From contig NC_058368.1 of NCBI RefSeq assembly GCF_018350175.1, positions 224,876,001-224,940,000 of the forward strand: a DNA stretch of 64,000 nucleotides. The letters are read 5' to 3'. This stretch comes from Felis catus. Taxonomy: Eukaryota. Below the pieces are notes generated by a model. It ran no database searches, was not told where the DNA came from, and was given only the letters and a program-made list of their open reading frames with translations. Positions 12,831 to 26,979 of the stretch are shown piece by piece. The position numbers and the translations under genes were made by a program. Each line of letters opens with the position of its first letter. Within the stretch, counting starts at the first letter, position 1.

Positions 12831-14822
12831 TATTTATAAGACTTATACATATACATGTATAAGATTTCCAATGAACAAAACTCACATTGTGTGTGTGTGT
12901 GTATAAAAGTAATGGCCTAAAGTCACTGAAAGCAAAGTCATGACCTAAGTTAAAATCTAACAATTATTTTGATTTCTACTGGGTTCCTAAAAAGTAAAAG
13001 ATCACCTTACCTCAGTCTCATACACACATATATCCATTCCTTAGTAAAAAGGCAACTAATATACTGGAAAGAATTTGACCATTAGAAAAGAAGGAGAAAA
13101 TGCCTTATTTGGTTGTAAAATCTTCTAGCAAACATGTTATATTTCAATCGTTTCAATGATGCTTTTGTGAAGCTTCATGCTGCTGAAGGAAAAAAAAAAT
13201 TGCCTCCAGCTCAGAATATGCAAAGTTCCTAGAGTTGGCAAGGTCTAGGCAACCTAGTGATTGACAGCTGGGAGAATCTTCATGATTGGCAGGAGGCAGT
13301 GATGCCCTCCAGGGGGATTGTTTACATGCCGACACTAAAAATGATGCCAGCCTCTCTCTCCTACTCCTTTTTCCAAAATCTTTTATTAGTAAGCTTCTCC
13401 TGCTGTTCTACCTGAGCCATTAAACACATTAAACACTCCTTCCTTTTCCAGAAAGGACAAAATCGTATTTTACGTAAAACAGGAGGACCTGAAAAACTGG
13501 ACCACAGTGACATGTCAGAAGGCCAGGTCAAATTCCCCAGGTTTAAAAAAAAAAAAAAAAGTTGAAAAGACTTTCTTTTATTCCTTATTTTTGAAAAGGT
13601 ACAAAATATTCTCTATCTCCCCTATAATTGGGATTCCCCAATATACAATGCATCTTGGATATGGTTGGTGGTCAAGAGAAGAAAGATCTAAAACATTCTT
13701 CTAATCCCAATTCTCTTTCCGAATAAAAGTACACATTTTCATGTGAAACATAGTCACCTCCTCCATCCTTTGTTTTCTAAAATAAAAGTATTTGGCAAAT
13801 AGGATCAACACCAGATTCCAACCATGCTGGCCTTCTTTCCTTCCTCGAACATTCTACTAAAGTTACTCTTTTGTGTGCAACAGTTGGGTTTTTTTTTTGT
13901 CAGGAATGCTCTTATCTCAAATCTTCACATGGCAAACACTTAGTCTTTACTATGTTCTCACGTCATGAATAAATGAATAAAATAGGGAAAAAACATGCCT
14001 TAGCAAAGAGAATTAGAGGTTTCTCAGGTATTTCTTCTGTTTCGGGAAAATTAAAACGATCTTCCCCTTTCTCCCTGACAAGGGATGGTTATGCGTCTTC
14101 AACATTTTGTTGAATTAATGTCCAGATTTCCCTCAATGTTGTCTGTGGCTAAAGAGAATGGTCATTTAGAAGTTAAGTGGCTTGCCACCAGATCTGTTCT
14201 AATTCTAAATAGACATTATGGAGCAAAATATTCAAGGGACGGAGGAAAAGACTGCACTCAGTAAGCTCACACTGCTTGCAAAATAAAGTGAAGGAACATC
14301 TCCAACCCGAGAGTAGTCAGGAACGTCTCTCTTGCTCAATGCCAAGAGCTAGTATATATCATCTCTGGCAGTTGACATTTGACCTTGAGAAATGGCAATG
14401 GAGGAAAGGAGATTCCACAATCTGAAGAACAAAGCCTCTGCGATTTATACTGGTGAATAAATGGAAAAGGGAATTAGAGAACTGCTCTCCTCTGTACCAC
14501 CTACAACACTTGGTCAAGAGAAGTGCCCCCACGGATCACCCTGCCGGTGTCCCCTAGTCCTTACTCCTGAATGAAATACTCTTGACTGAGAAATGTAAAG
14601 CAGGAAGTTGGATCCGGGGGCTTTACCTATGGGCAATGGGTAGAATTCCCCAAAAGAAAAGTAAAGCTTTGGTGATAAAGATGGGAAAAAGGAGAAAATC
14701 TTTCTCAAAGAGAGATGTAGAAATCAGGCCAGCATGAGCATTCCAGAACATCTGAACATAAAAATGGCTTTCTGGGCGCTAGTAATGGAATATTTAGTGT
14801 GCAGCTTAAAATGTTTCCCCCT

Positions 14823-15000
14823 TGGGGCCCTTGGATGATTCAGTTGGTTGAGCGTCGACTCTTAGTCTTGGCCCATGTCATGATCCAAGGGTCGTGGAAT
14901 CAAGCCCTGCCTGGAGCTCCGCTTTGTGTGTGCGGAGTGTGTGTAAGATTCTCTCTCCTTCTGCCCCTTTCTCTCACTCATACTCTCTGTCTCTCAGCTG
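14823..15000 (+). mobile_element. Older Can-SINE
   Basis: Diverged head ggggcccttggatgattcagttggttgagcg...gtcatgatccaagggtcgtggaatcaagccc. Confidence 0.8.
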
Positions 15001-15977
15001 ACCCCGAAGACAGGAAATGGCCAGATTAAAGAATTCTTTGTTCTTTGTTTGTGGGCAAACCGCAGTCAAGTGAGTGATCCCTTATGGAGGGCAGAGAACA
15101 GGAAAGGAACAGATGGTGCTTGGGAAGAGCCATGCCACACATGATGGCGGCCAAGAAACAACCATCTCTTCCTTTCCTAATGTCATAGAGGGAGGCCTTC
15201 CCTGATATGAGAGAAGAAAACACACGTGGGCCCCAAGTGCTGCCACATCACACGCTTCACAGTTTGAGATTTCCATTGGGCATCGGCCATCATACAAATG
15301 TGCTACCAAAGTCTCATCACTTTGGTGCGACAGGCATGCACTACAGGCTACTATGTTGTCAGTGTGCCATTGGCTCAAATGTTCGCTGAAACTTACTGCT
15401 TTAAATCATTCTTAGAAAAACGTTTGACGTCAGCTCGTTCATTTCATTTCGGGGGGATGCTAATGAAATCTCTCGGTTTTCGCACAGTAGTGGAGGTTTA
15501 AAAATAATAAGGGGAGATTTAAAAATAATAAAGGGACTAACAGATAAGGTCATTGAACCAATTAATGAACACCCACATCGATGAAACAGATTTACAGGGA
15601 GGTAAATATATTTTTCATAAAATGACTCAGTAGGGTATTCATTAAAAGGCCAAGATCTTTTAAAATATGAGCACATTCCCCCAAGTCAACACATCCAACT
15701 TTTTGAAAACATTTCTCTTTTTCAAGAGAGATAGGTTTCTGTAAATAGCGAAATCCCAGCCTTGCCAAAGACTGTTCATTTGGTGCCCAGAACATTCTGA
15801 GATCATTCCCGTACTTCCAGGCACTCCTGCCATCAGGTGATTCTGCGTACTGCCATTTGCCTGACCTTCTTAAAACACCGCATCTGTCCTGCTATTCTTC
15901 TGGCCAACACAGTCTTGTGGTTTTTCAGCGCTCGTTAAACTTAGGTCCAGTTACTCTTTCTGGTGCTTACACACCAG

Positions 15978-16545
15978 CGTAGTTTTCTAGTTTTCGATTG
16001 TTGCACGACAAATAATCCCAAACCTATGTGACTCCAAACAATGCTCATTTTAACATCTCTCCTGGTTTCTGGAACTCACGAACTCAGGAGGGGTCCTGGC
16101 ATAGAGTCTCCCATGAGGCTGCAGTCAGAGGGAGGCTGGAGCTGGTACCCTGGGAAGGAAGCAAGAAGGAAAAAAGGAGGCGTCGCTCCGACATCGTGTT
16201 GCCACCAAATTTTCTCCATGTGGTCCCTCCACAGGTGCTCTTCTGGGCTTCCTTACATCCCGGTAGCCTGGAGGCGCTCAGATTGCAGGCATGGCAGTTT
16301 AGGGCTCTGATGTGATTGCCCCAGAGAAGTAGACAGAAGCTGTGTGTAACATGGGCTGGAAAATAACACTGCATCACCTCCACTGTATGCGTGCGGGCAA
16401 CCAGTCACCGACGCTGGCCCCGGATGAAAGGAGGTGATGCAGACCTCACCATTTACGTGGGGAGTCTCAGCGTCACATTGGGTCTCCACAAGAGTATGTG
16501 GAACTGGAGATATCAGTGGCCATCTTGGAAAATGCCATAGGCTGC
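15978..16545 (-). mobile_element. MaLR LTR (old MLT1)
   Basis: ttttcgattgttgcacgacaaataatccc...tctcccatgaggctgcagtcaga...gggctggaaataacactgcatcacctcc...ggccatcttggaaaat. Confidence 0.65.
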
Positions 16546-16969
16546 ACCTACTCTGATTTCAACGTAATTATTCAGCCCAAATGATGTTTTCATTTGGTTT
16601 CTACCTATGTCTTCATTTCTCCCTACTTCACCAAATATACTCTTCGATATTTTGGGTTACTGTTCATAAAATAAGCATTCTGTCATGGTGAATGGAGCGT
16701 ACTTCCTTGCTCCATTGAAACTGTGTCTGTCCATGTGACTAACAGCCAATGAAAAATTAGTGGATGTGACTTAAACAGAGACTTCAGTGCGAAAGCGTGG
16801 GTCTTAAACCGTAGTGGTCAGCCCTAAAGCGGTTGTTTCCTGGTACCGGAGGCCCTGTTAGCCTGAGCCCCAGAATGAACAAGAATACAAGTGTAGCAGT
16901 TATTTTAAATTCAACATGAGTCGACACTTCACATAATCAAGGACGACAATGTTTTTTATGCTTTCACTT

Positions 16970-17770
16970 TTTTGTTACTCTTATTGAATTCAACTTTTAT
17001 GTAATAATAGAAACCAATCTTAAGGTAACAGTATGCGGAATTTTGGCAAATGCATTCACACGTGTCTACACCATTCTAATTACGATACAGAACAAGAAAT
17101 ATTCTTTTTTTTTCCCCCGCTTCTTTGTTTATTGGGAAGCAGACACAGGGCATATGGCAAGGTAAGAAGCAGCCTGATGCTTCCTGGTAAGCTCCAGCTT
17201 GGTCCTGCACCTTTTTGGTGTAATTCCCTGATTCCTCCAGGAAAGAGCAGTTTTGATTTCCACCATCCTTATTTAGTTTGCTGTGCTACAAGTTTATATA
17301 AATGGAAATATATGGCATGTTTTTTTTCATTTGTTTGCTTCTCTTACGTATGGTAATGTTTTGACGTTCATGCATGCTGTAGTGTGTATTCATAGTTCAT
17401 TTATTTTTATTACTGAGTAGCTATTACTCTAGGCATATATAAGACATCATTTGTTAACCCATTTACCTAAAGATGAGTGCTTAAGTTATATCCAGTCTGG
17501 ACTATCATAGGATAAAGCTGATATGAATATCAAAGAACATGTCCTTTTGTGGCCAAAACTTTTTATTTTTCTTAGGTAAGTATCTAGTAGTGAAATTGAT
17601 ATGTCATAGAATAGACATATGAATAAATTTAAATTTATTCCCACACTGTCAAGCTCTTTCAACTGGTTGTACCTTTCTTTACTTCCAACATCAACGTATG
17701 GGAGGCCCAATTGTTCTGCGTCCTCATCAACACTTGGCATATACAGTCTACTTAATTTTAGCCATGACAG
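16970..17770 (-). mobile_element. Old L1M 3' region
   Basis: Reverse L1 motifs such as ttttggcaaatgcattcacacgtgt, gtaagtatctagtagtgaaattg, cctcatcaacacttggcat. Confidence 0.7.
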
Positions 17771-17980
17771 CAAGTGAAAGTAGCGACAATAATATTTCAA
17801 TATTAGTCATATCCAAAAATATGTTTCAAAAATACTTCTCACAAATACAATCTACCATGCACACTGAAAATAGAGATATTTTAATTAAGCCAACTTAGCA
17901 CAAGATAAAGATTATTGATTTTAGGTCTTCTAATTTATCTATATTTAAATGCCTTTGAATATATTTTGAAAAGGATTATA

Positions 17981-18192
17981 GGGGTACCTGGCTCAGCCAG
18001 TTGAGCGCCTGACTCCTGATTTCGGCTCAGGTCATTGATCTCGTGGTTTGTGAGTTCGAGCCCCACATCGTGCTCTGTGCTCACAGTGTGGAACCTGCTT
18101 GTGAATCTCTCTCTCTCTCTCTCTTTCTGCCCCTCTCCCACTCACACTGTGTCTCTCCCTCACTCAAATAAATAATCTTAAAAAAATAATAA
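17981..18192 (+). mobile_element. Can-SINE with TSD
   Basis: SINE body; gaaaaggattat is duplicated on both flanks. Confidence 0.9.
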
Positions 18193-18628
18193 TGAAAAGG
18201 ATTATGTACCAACATTTTTGAAAAAAAAAAAGAGAGATTGGCAAAACACACACACACACACGTTTCGACTGCAGTTTTCTAAAAATCTGATTGTCGTATT
18301 CTGACTTTAGAAATGATTTTAATTTATGCTTCTTAGCGCTTCAGTGATCATTTCAAAAGAGGTGTAGGGATTCTTTTTTATGGACAAACTATAAAATATG
18401 GTAATAATCTTAAAATTCTAAAGTTTGACATATTTTCTAACCAGGTCAAGAATATTACATTCTTCTTAGTTCAGTTAGTGCCTTTCAGAGTAACATGACT
18501 CATCAAATTGTGTTCTGAGAAAATAGGGAATATGAAAATTTGAGGCCAAAATTCATGATGTTACTTCGATCGCATGATTATGTGATCCCAAAAGATCACA
18601 GAAAATCTTACTTAAAAATGAATGGTGA

Positions 18629-18856
18629 GGAGCGCCTGGGTGGCTCCGTTGGTTAAGCATCCAACTCTTGATTTCAGCTCAGGTCGTGATTTCACAGTCA
18701 TGGGACTGAGCCTGGAATGGGGATCCATGCCGGGTTGGAGTCTGCTTGGGATTCTCACTCTGCCTCTCCCTCTGCCCCTCCCCAGCTTGCATGCATTCTC
18801 TCTTTCTTCCTTTCTCTCTCTCAAAAAAAAAAAAAAAAAAAAAAAAGACAAAAAAC
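18629..18856 (+). mobile_element. Can-SINE with long poly-A
   Basis: gagcgcctgggtggctccgttggttaagc head and A-rich tail. Confidence 0.9.
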
Positions 18857-20172
18857 AGGAAAGAATATCGATAGTTAAAGGCAGCTTAGGAAAAAGAGCG
18901 GTCTCAGCTTGAGTGCATTTGTTTTTATTTTTAAACATCTGGCTATTGTTTTAAGGAATTCTATTAATCAAGAATATTTTTAAAAGCTTAATACAGTGTT
19001 AGACTAAGGAAGAATACGCTAAACTCAAGATAGACTTTGATGTTTGTGTTACCCACCCACATAGTCAAGGAAGCAAATAACGAAAAGGTAATTTACCTGT
19101 AATCGGTTCAATATCTCAGTCTGCTCAGTGGAGCAACCCAAATGACAAACTGAAAATCTATTACAGCTGTGGCTGATTATTATCCAAAGATGAGTCTGTA
19201 TAGCGTAACTTTGAGAAAAGACATCCGACGACTAGAATCAATCATCAATCATCATATTAGCAGAATTTCATTACCCTGTCAGCCGAGGAGCTGCAGATAA
19301 AATGCATTTGATAAATCGTAATGAAAGATAACCTCTTTGCTAAGAAAGTAATTATAAGCACAATTCTATGTCAAAGAAAAAAATAAATTTAACATTTACT
19401 TATCAAAGCTACTTAACAGTACAATTGCTTTTCAAATTGATCATGTTAGTAATAACACAACACTAACTTTGTTTTACTGTCTAAAATATTCTTTACAAAT
19501 CTCGTAGACACTAGGAAAAAACATAAATACATAAATATATGTAAAATCCTATGGATGGTCAACTAAAGTCAAAATATGCTACCACTGTCGAATGCCACCA
19601 TCCATGGAAAAATCTAGCACCTTTTGTGATTCCCACTCACCCCATGTCCTTGCTTTGGACTCAACTGAACCATGAGCTTTGTTGTAGAAGAATTTTGGTG
19701 TGAGTGTCCTTGACCTTTGTGTATTGTATCTTTTCCCACATAACTCAGCAATCTCAACCTTTCCATCAAACTGAGGCCATACCATCTTGGCTTTGTTTGA
19801 GTCTAATATGTATTGGAGCATTTATTTATTTATTTATTTATTAGACAATTAATCTCTAGTTAGCTTTACGAGTGTTTTTATCAGGAACAGATCTTTTAGT
19901 AGATTAGTTACAAAGCTGCATAGGGTTCTTGTGGTCAACTTTTGACTGTTTTTGGCATAAGCATCTTTAAGTTTAATCCAATGATTCTGCAGAACAAGAC
20001 GGTTTGGGGAGTTCTTTTTAGGAACATACATATCGTGTGGTAGCAGCTATGTCTCCAGGCACCCATAGCTAATCATTTGTTAGGTGTTTCTACCATCCCT
20101 AATGTAGGAGAGAAAAGGAATCTATATTTAAATATTTCTGTCCTTGCTGTAGCCTCACAAACTATTTGCACA

Positions 20173-20175
<3 letters not shown>

Positions 20176-20208
<33 letters not shown>

Positions 20209-20221
20209 TACACACACACAC
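20176..20221. repeat. (CA)n microsatellite
   Basis: Direct observation. Confidence 0.95.
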
Positions 20222-20804
20222 CCCACTAGTTATATTCACTCTACCAATGAGCATGATGATGATATAAAATTCCTGAACGCCATCAAGTACATTAAAATAA
20301 TTTAGTGATAAATTCAGCAGCATGGTAGGTCCTTGTATAACTATGGGAGGGCATATTCACTGGGTATTTTCATTCTCAGAACAGACACGGATAATATGCA
20401 CAAAATTGTTCAGTGTAATTGTATAAAGCAGTGGGAATTGTTGTCAAGACAGGACAGGAAATATCACAAGAGTTTGGATAAGGAAGATCACTGTGGATCC
20501 AAGTACAAGGTCAAACCGTATTAAGTACAATCTAGAGTGGCTGAAGAAACTGGAGAAAACAGAAACATACCCATATTCCTGAGCACCAATTTTACTTAAT
20601 GGTAATTTAAAACTTTAATGTTATCATTGTGAAATGTAGTGATGTGTGCAAGTCAATTTTTTCAACATGCATGGATGATTTAGGAGAATTGTCTGTGGCA
20701 GGACAATTCAGGCTCACTCCATCACTCTTTCCATCTCCTTATTTCAGTTTTTAATTAGTGAAGTGTCAAACAGAAAATTAAGAAAGTATTATTCTATTTT
20801 TTAT

Positions 20805-20918
20805 ATTAAACAGAATTTATTGTCACATTGGTTTCCATACAACACCAAGTGCTCATCCCAACAGGTGCCCTCCTCCATGCCCATCACCCACTTTCCCGTC
20901 CCCCCACCCCCATCAACC
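20805..20918 (-). mobile_element. Very short carnivore L1 3' end
   Basis: aatttattgtca...gtgctcatcccaacaggtgccctcctccatgcccatcaccca matches the reverse complement of the L1 end near 40050-40190. Confidence 0.85.
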
Positions 20919-21019
20919 TATTATATATATCCATTCATGCATCATCCATATTGAATATTTTGCCTTATCTGCTTTGAATCACTTTAGATGACCATTAAGG
21001 AGGTAATGCCTCGTTTGTA

Positions 21020-21800
21020 ATCCCACTATGATATCAAACCCATGCCTCTCTCTTCAGAGAGGACTCATCTTTCTAAAGATAGTATACATACTTTCTGCCC
21101 ATGTGTTCATGCTTTTCAGCCATGAACAGAGAGCCTTAAACAATGTGTAATATTGCTTTCAGTATTCCACCAGTTCTCATACAAGAGATCATTTTATATA
21201 ATATCATGCAGCTAGTTTTATTTCCATTCACTGTATATTTTTAAGTATTCAGATCTATCTTTAGATCACTCATTTCAATAGCTATGAAACATTCTATTCT
21301 ATGAATATGCCAAAACAATTTTCTCTCCGTTGCCTTTGATAGACATCTTTCTCTATTGCAAGGAAGGCTTCTAAGAACTTTCACTGACATGTCTCCTTGG
21401 TTGCACACGTGCAAAAATATCTCCACTTTATTCCTGGAAGTAGAAATGTCAAGTAGTGGGTCACACACAGCTTCAATGGACGTTACCAAATTGTAATGCA
21501 TGCCGGTGACAGCAGCGGTGACAACCCCTGGTGCCATTCACCAAATACGTCTGTCTCTAGGTGGGACCGATATGCCTGGTTCTGGACAATGAGTAGTGAA
21601 CAGAAGAGTGGTTGCTTTTTGCTGTTTTTAAGGGTATGAAGTTATTTCGCATTGTATTTCACTTTTATTTTCTGTGATTGCAGATAAAGAAGTTATGCAT
21701 TTCTTCATTTATTTATTGACCATTAGGGCTTCTTTGCATGAAATTTTCATCTTCAACACATTCATACCATGGCCAGTTTTTCTACTGCATTGGTTAGTCA
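21020..21800 (-). mobile_element. Old, degraded L1M fragment (L1ME-like)
   Basis: Motifs tccttggttgcacacgtgcaaaa, cctggaagtagaaatgtcaagt, tttcttcatttatttattgaccattagg. Confidence 0.6.
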
Positions 21801-21902
21801 CATTTTACATTCGGGGCACATATCAACTAACACGCCACAAATTACCAGTGTTTTCTCTTAGTCTGCATCTTATCTTTCCCTATGTCTTCCATCATAAAGA
21901 AT

Positions 21903-22088
21903 ATTTTTTTTAATTTATTTTGAGGGAGAGTTTGAGAAGGGCGGGGGTGGGGGGGAGAGAATCTGAAGCCGACTCTACGCTGCCAATGCAGAGCCCGAAA
22001 TGTGGCTCGAACTCACGAACTGTGAGATCATGACCTGAGCTGAAATCAATAGTATGGCACTTAACCAACTGAGCCACCCAGGCACCTC
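21903..22088 (-). mobile_element. Can-SINE
   Basis: ...tgtgagatcatgacctgagctgaaatc...actgagccacccaggcacc. Confidence 0.9.
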
Positions 22089-22342
22089 GGGAATATTTTT
22101 AAACTTAATGTATTTAAACATATTAACTTCTCGTTTTATGATTTATAACTCTTTGTATGTTTAAAGTGCATTTTCTTACCTCCTAAATGTAGTCTCATAA
22201 TTTTGTTTTTATTCTTGTTCTGAGTGCTTCAGGAGAGGGAAAATCTTTAATTTGGGATATGGAATACTAAACTTTTTTCAAAATTAATTAGACCCACAGT
22301 CAGAGACACATAAAAAATTCATTTTTATACAGTAAATGTATC

Positions 22343-22450
22343 TTTTTAAGTTTATTCTTTTAGTAATCTCTACACCTAGGGTAGGGCTTGAACTCACAAC
22401 TCTGAGATCAAGAGTTGCATGTTGTTTTGACTGAGCCAGTTAGGCACCCT
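22343..22450 (-). mobile_element. Short old Can-SINE
   Basis: taatctctacacc...gggcttgaactcacaactctgagatcaagagt...actgagccagttaggcaccc. Confidence 0.8.
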
Positions 22451-23294
22451 GGGTAGATTCATTTCTTAAAAACTATCCAACACTGGTAAATCACAATATA
22501 TTTTAACTATCTGAAGATACTCTGTCCTTTATGAAACCAGTGCTAAAATATTTTGAATAGTGTGAAACCACCTTTCAATTGCTTAGAAAAGAAATTGTCT
22601 TAATTTCAGGTTTCCTAAAATTAAAATAAATAGTGCAGAGCAGAGTAGAGTGAGCAAAATAATATTTTAATGCTTTTAGTGGTGCTATCTGGCTAGAAGC
22701 ACATGCAATGAAGGTTATATTGTGCAATGCTAAAATCAATACTTAAGGTATTTAAAGAATCAATAAAATTGGAACTTCTGTGACCAGTAAGGCCAACTGA
22801 AGAATTCAGATCAACTTTTTAAAAAGTATTATTTTTTTGAAACCTTCCTAAAACTAGCAACCATTAAGTAAATAGTTACCAAGCCAAAGCCTAGAAGAAG
22901 CAAAGAGCAAGGAAAGACAAAAGCCAAAACTCAAAAGATTTTTCTTTTTTGCCCTGACGATGTTTCTTAATTATGAGAGAAAAAACCTGAGACATAAATG
23001 AACTCTGGTGACATGTAAGACCAAGGTGCAAATCTCAGCATTCAGAATTCACCTGGGATTTGAAATGTTTGGGTTGGATTTGTAATTAATCTCTTTCCTT
23101 GGTTCACGGATTCCAAAGATTAGGTTTTAGGGTAAGTGTGAACTGAGATTGAACTAGCCCTCTCTCAAATTGGAAATACAGCTTTGATTCATCTGGGTGG
23201 TCAGGAATTTCCAAGCGCTGAACTTAGAGTGAAGTGTTGGGGTGGGGATAGGGTGGGAAATGCATTTCCGTAGACAACTATCCATCGCCTAGAA

Positions 23295-23520
23295 CAAGAG
23301 TTCGCAAACCACAGCTCTCTGGTCAAATCCAGCCCACCACCTGCTTCTCTAAGTAAAGTTTTATTGAACACAGCTACACCCATCTGCATACACTTATCTG
23401 TGGCTACTTTAGCTCTAGAATGATTGACCTAACTACTCCCATCATGGACAGTATTGCCCACAAAGCCTAAAATATTTACTATCTAGCTCTTTATGGAAAG
23501 TTTGCCCATGTCTGGTCTAG
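23295..23520. mobile_element. MER58-like hAT element
   Basis: ggtcaaatccagcccaccacctg...taaagttttattgaacacagc...gcccacaaagcctaaaatatttactatct. Confidence 0.8.
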
Positions 23521-23939
23521 AGAACATCCTTGTAGGTTACCTTATTCTGATTCTTTGGGAGTTATTTTACCATAATGTGAGTTGCAAATAATTGGAATAA
23601 ATACACAATAATTCTTGCCTGGAGATGTGCAAAGGACAGTCTCAAGTGATTTCTCCCTCCCCAACTGTAGCAGAAGCTAGTTTTATCTCCAGTTGCAATA
23701 TTCTTGATCTATAAACATGTTCTTCAGGTTTCTCTTTGAGCAAATTTAACATATTTCCACCTCCTAATTAATGAGTTAAATAAAATGCTTAACACATGTT
23801 CATTAGTATATATGCGCGAAAGTCATGGTTGAAAATTATTCTTTAACAGTGCTTTCCGATTGAATTGTCAATATTTGGGGTTGGGCTACCTAGTCGTGTA
23901 ATCAAGTCTGTCTTACAGTGCACACGTTAACTTGTTGGG

Positions 23940-24148
23940 TTTTTTTTAATGTTTATTTATTTTGGAGAGAGAGAGAGACAGAGCATGAGTTGGGGAGGAG
24001 CAGAGAGAGGGGGAGACAGAATCTGAAGCAAGCTCTGGGCTCTGAGCTGTCAGCACAGACCCCAACACGGGGCTCGAAATCACGAACTTTGAGAGCATGA
24101 CCTGAGCCCAAGTCCAACGCTTAACCGACTGAGCCACCTGGGCGCCCC
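23940..24148 (-). mobile_element. Can-SINE with TSD
   Basis: SINE body; cacac(g/a)ttaactt on both flanks. Confidence 0.95.
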
Positions 24149-24576
24149 AGCACACATTAACTTATTAATGAAATAGGGAGGATATTTGGTTTCTTTAGGC
24201 CACTTTTCTTTGTTCATGGCATGTTACATGCAGTTTCCAATTGGATGTCAGACTTCGGCAGGAAAATAAAAAACAAAATCAGATCCTCTCAGATCTGATA
24301 GATTGAGATACACGAACTATATGGCTCCACACGTGGATAGTTTTGCTGTTTGCAGTACAGCCATATGCTTGTCTCCGAAAAACATGGGAAAACTGTTCAA
24401 TGTATTTCACGTGGTTTCCATCGAAAAGAAAATTTGGTGTGTTTAGAGTTGTACGTACTGCATTCTTCAGTCTAGTTTTGAAGGACTCTCTTTCCGTGAG
24501 CGCTAAGTCTTACACCCAAGTTCTATACACCTGATCATTAAAATCATTTTGTAGCGATTTGTTCTGTCTGCATATT

Positions 24577-24963
24577 TTGTCTCAGTCTGTGTGGGCTGCC
24601 ACAACAAACTACTGGTAGACTGGGTGGTTTAAGCAAGACATTTAGCCCTCACAGTTCTGGAGGCTGACGAGTCCAAGATCAAGATGCCAACCTGGCTCAG
24701 TTCTTAGTGAGGGCCCTCTTCCCGGCTTGCAGACGACTGCCTTCTGGCCGTGTCTTCGCACAGTGGTGGGAGAGAGAGAAAGCGCTGGTCTCTCTTCCTT
24801 TTTTTATAAGGGCAAATATTAATATCACCAGGGCCCCACCCTGTGAGTCTTCTAAATTTCATTACCTCCCAGAGGCTCCGTCCCCATGCACATTACATCA
24901 CACTGGGGATTAGGACTTCATTATGTGGATTTGGATAAGGCACACACTTTCAGCCCGTAACAC
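24577..24963 (-). mobile_element. MaLR LTR (MLT1A-like)
   Basis: tgtctcagtctgtgtgggctgcc...ctcacagttctggaggctg...tccaagatcaagatgcca...ttcagcccgtaaca. Confidence 0.85.
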
Positions 24964-26619
24964 ATTTCAAAATGTGTTTCTCCTATGCAACTCGGATGTT
25001 TTGGTGCTGTGTTCTAAAGGAAATGATATGCTGAAATAGGTGACAATAACTGAACTGCATATGAAGAGATATATATATATATATATATATGAATATATAT
25101 AGGTGACAATAATTATATATATATGTGTGTGTGTGTGTGTGTGACAATACTTGAACTATTTATGAATGTGACTATAAACTACTCAGATGTAACCCACTGA
25201 ACACAAACCAAAGGCATTCCCATCTTTGTCTGCCCTTGGCTAAATCCCAACAGTACCTGAACTACCCAACCTCAGGAGAAATGTGACCACGAGGAAAGCA
25301 AAATAGAAGAATCGGCAGACTTAAGGAAATTGCCATTACAATATTTTACTTTTTTAAGGCACTGTTGGGGCCCGCAATGAGGTATGTAATACAATGTCCT
25401 TCTCTCCACTCTGGGCTCATTCATCTTGTGCCTCTGCTAGCTGAAGGCTTCTACCCTGTTGAAATATATGTAAATAATGACCGATGGCTTGAAAAAGATG
25501 ACGTTTCAAATGTCATCACATCTTAATGTGATTACAGGACGAAGAGGCACAGGAAACGACCAAGACCAAGGTTTATTTGATCTTGCCTTATGGCTTTTAA
25601 AATGTAAAACAATGCTCTAAATGAAAAAGTTCTCATTTTGCAACAGCATGAAGTTCAGTCCCCAAAAGAATAATCCATCTTTTCCCAAAAGGACAAGAAA
25701 TCCAACCTCCTCAGATAATCAAGAATAAAGCCTGTTATCAATGATACGTGGGAAATCAAATTTTAAAGCCCTCTATGAAATTGCAGCACAGAGTGGTTTC
25801 AAGGACCCGATTTCAGGTTTAAGCAAAGGATTAAATAAAACCAAATTTAAGGTTTTATTCTAAAGAATAAAAATTGATCTGCTTCCTATGCATAGGCCTA
25901 ACTGTTCCTGTGAATCGTTCTGAGTACGGTTTCCATGAGACGGTGTTGGCGACTCTTGTTGCAAATCCGTGAGATCCCTGCTGCTTCGCAAGGCTTCGCG
26001 TGGGAATGGGTGTATCAGCAGAATCCCGCTTCATGGTTTCTCATCACCAAAGCCACTCCTGATGAGGAGTGTGTATTTCCTCACTGCAAAGAGCGTGTAT
26101 CTATTTGACACCTTGAATTGCTCAATTTTCTAGTGATTTACAGAGACAGATGGCCCACTGTTCTGGTGACCATCACTGAATTTAGATACATTCTCCACAT
26201 AAAAAAGATTTTGTGTCTGCTCTTAAATGTATAGGAATTAATGTTTCAAATGAAGATCTCGTGTTCAGTAGGAAAAGTGCAAGGCCTGCAGAATCTCTGA
26301 GACTATTCTCAATCAACATATATTTATTAAATTAGAAAGAGCACTCTGGCCAGCGTGAGTATTGATCTCAAAAAGAAGTCTTGTGCAACCTACCTTTTTA
26401 AATATATGTGCTTTCAAGTATGTTATATCATTATGCACCATAAATATTAAAAAGCTTAATCCTATAAAATAAGCTTAATCATATAAAAACCTTCCAGATG
26501 AAGTAACCATATTTGACATACACATTACTTTAGCCTTCCTCCCAAACCCCAGCAAGTAACAGTAAAAATATAGTAATTTTAAAAGCCTTGAAATAGATTT
26601 TTATATATTTTACAAAAGG

Positions 26620-26870
26620 AGATGATAAAAGGTACAAATTCAAGTTATAAAATAAAGCAATACACAATAAAATAAAATAAACAAATCACTGGGATAAAAA
26701 GTACAGCAGAAGAAATATAGTCAATAATATTGTGTAACATCACATGGTGATAGATGGTAACTACATTTATTGTGTTGAGCATTGTGTAATGTAAACGATT
26801 ATCGAATCACTATGCTGTGCACTTGAAACTAATATAACATTGTATGTCAACTATACCTGAATTAAAGAAT
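26620..26870 (+). mobile_element. L1 3' end fragment (L1MA/carnivore type)
   Basis: aggtacaaatttcaagttataaaataa...gaatcactatgctgtgcacttgaaactaatataacattgtatgtcaactatac. Confidence 0.8.
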
Positions 26871-26979
26871 CAAATATATATTATGTAACAATATTTATAT
26901 TTTTTCCAAGCTATCTGATTGCTAGTATATTATTGTTTACAGTAATCTGTTAGCACACTATGTATTTCTGTGGTTATCT

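Noticed and set aside
19579..20031. Two consecutive minus-strand ORFs (60 and 80 aa) that might be a gene or viral remnant
   Set aside because: No recognisable domain; separated by a stop and a (TTTA)n tract; no convincing splice pattern; lengths expected by chance.
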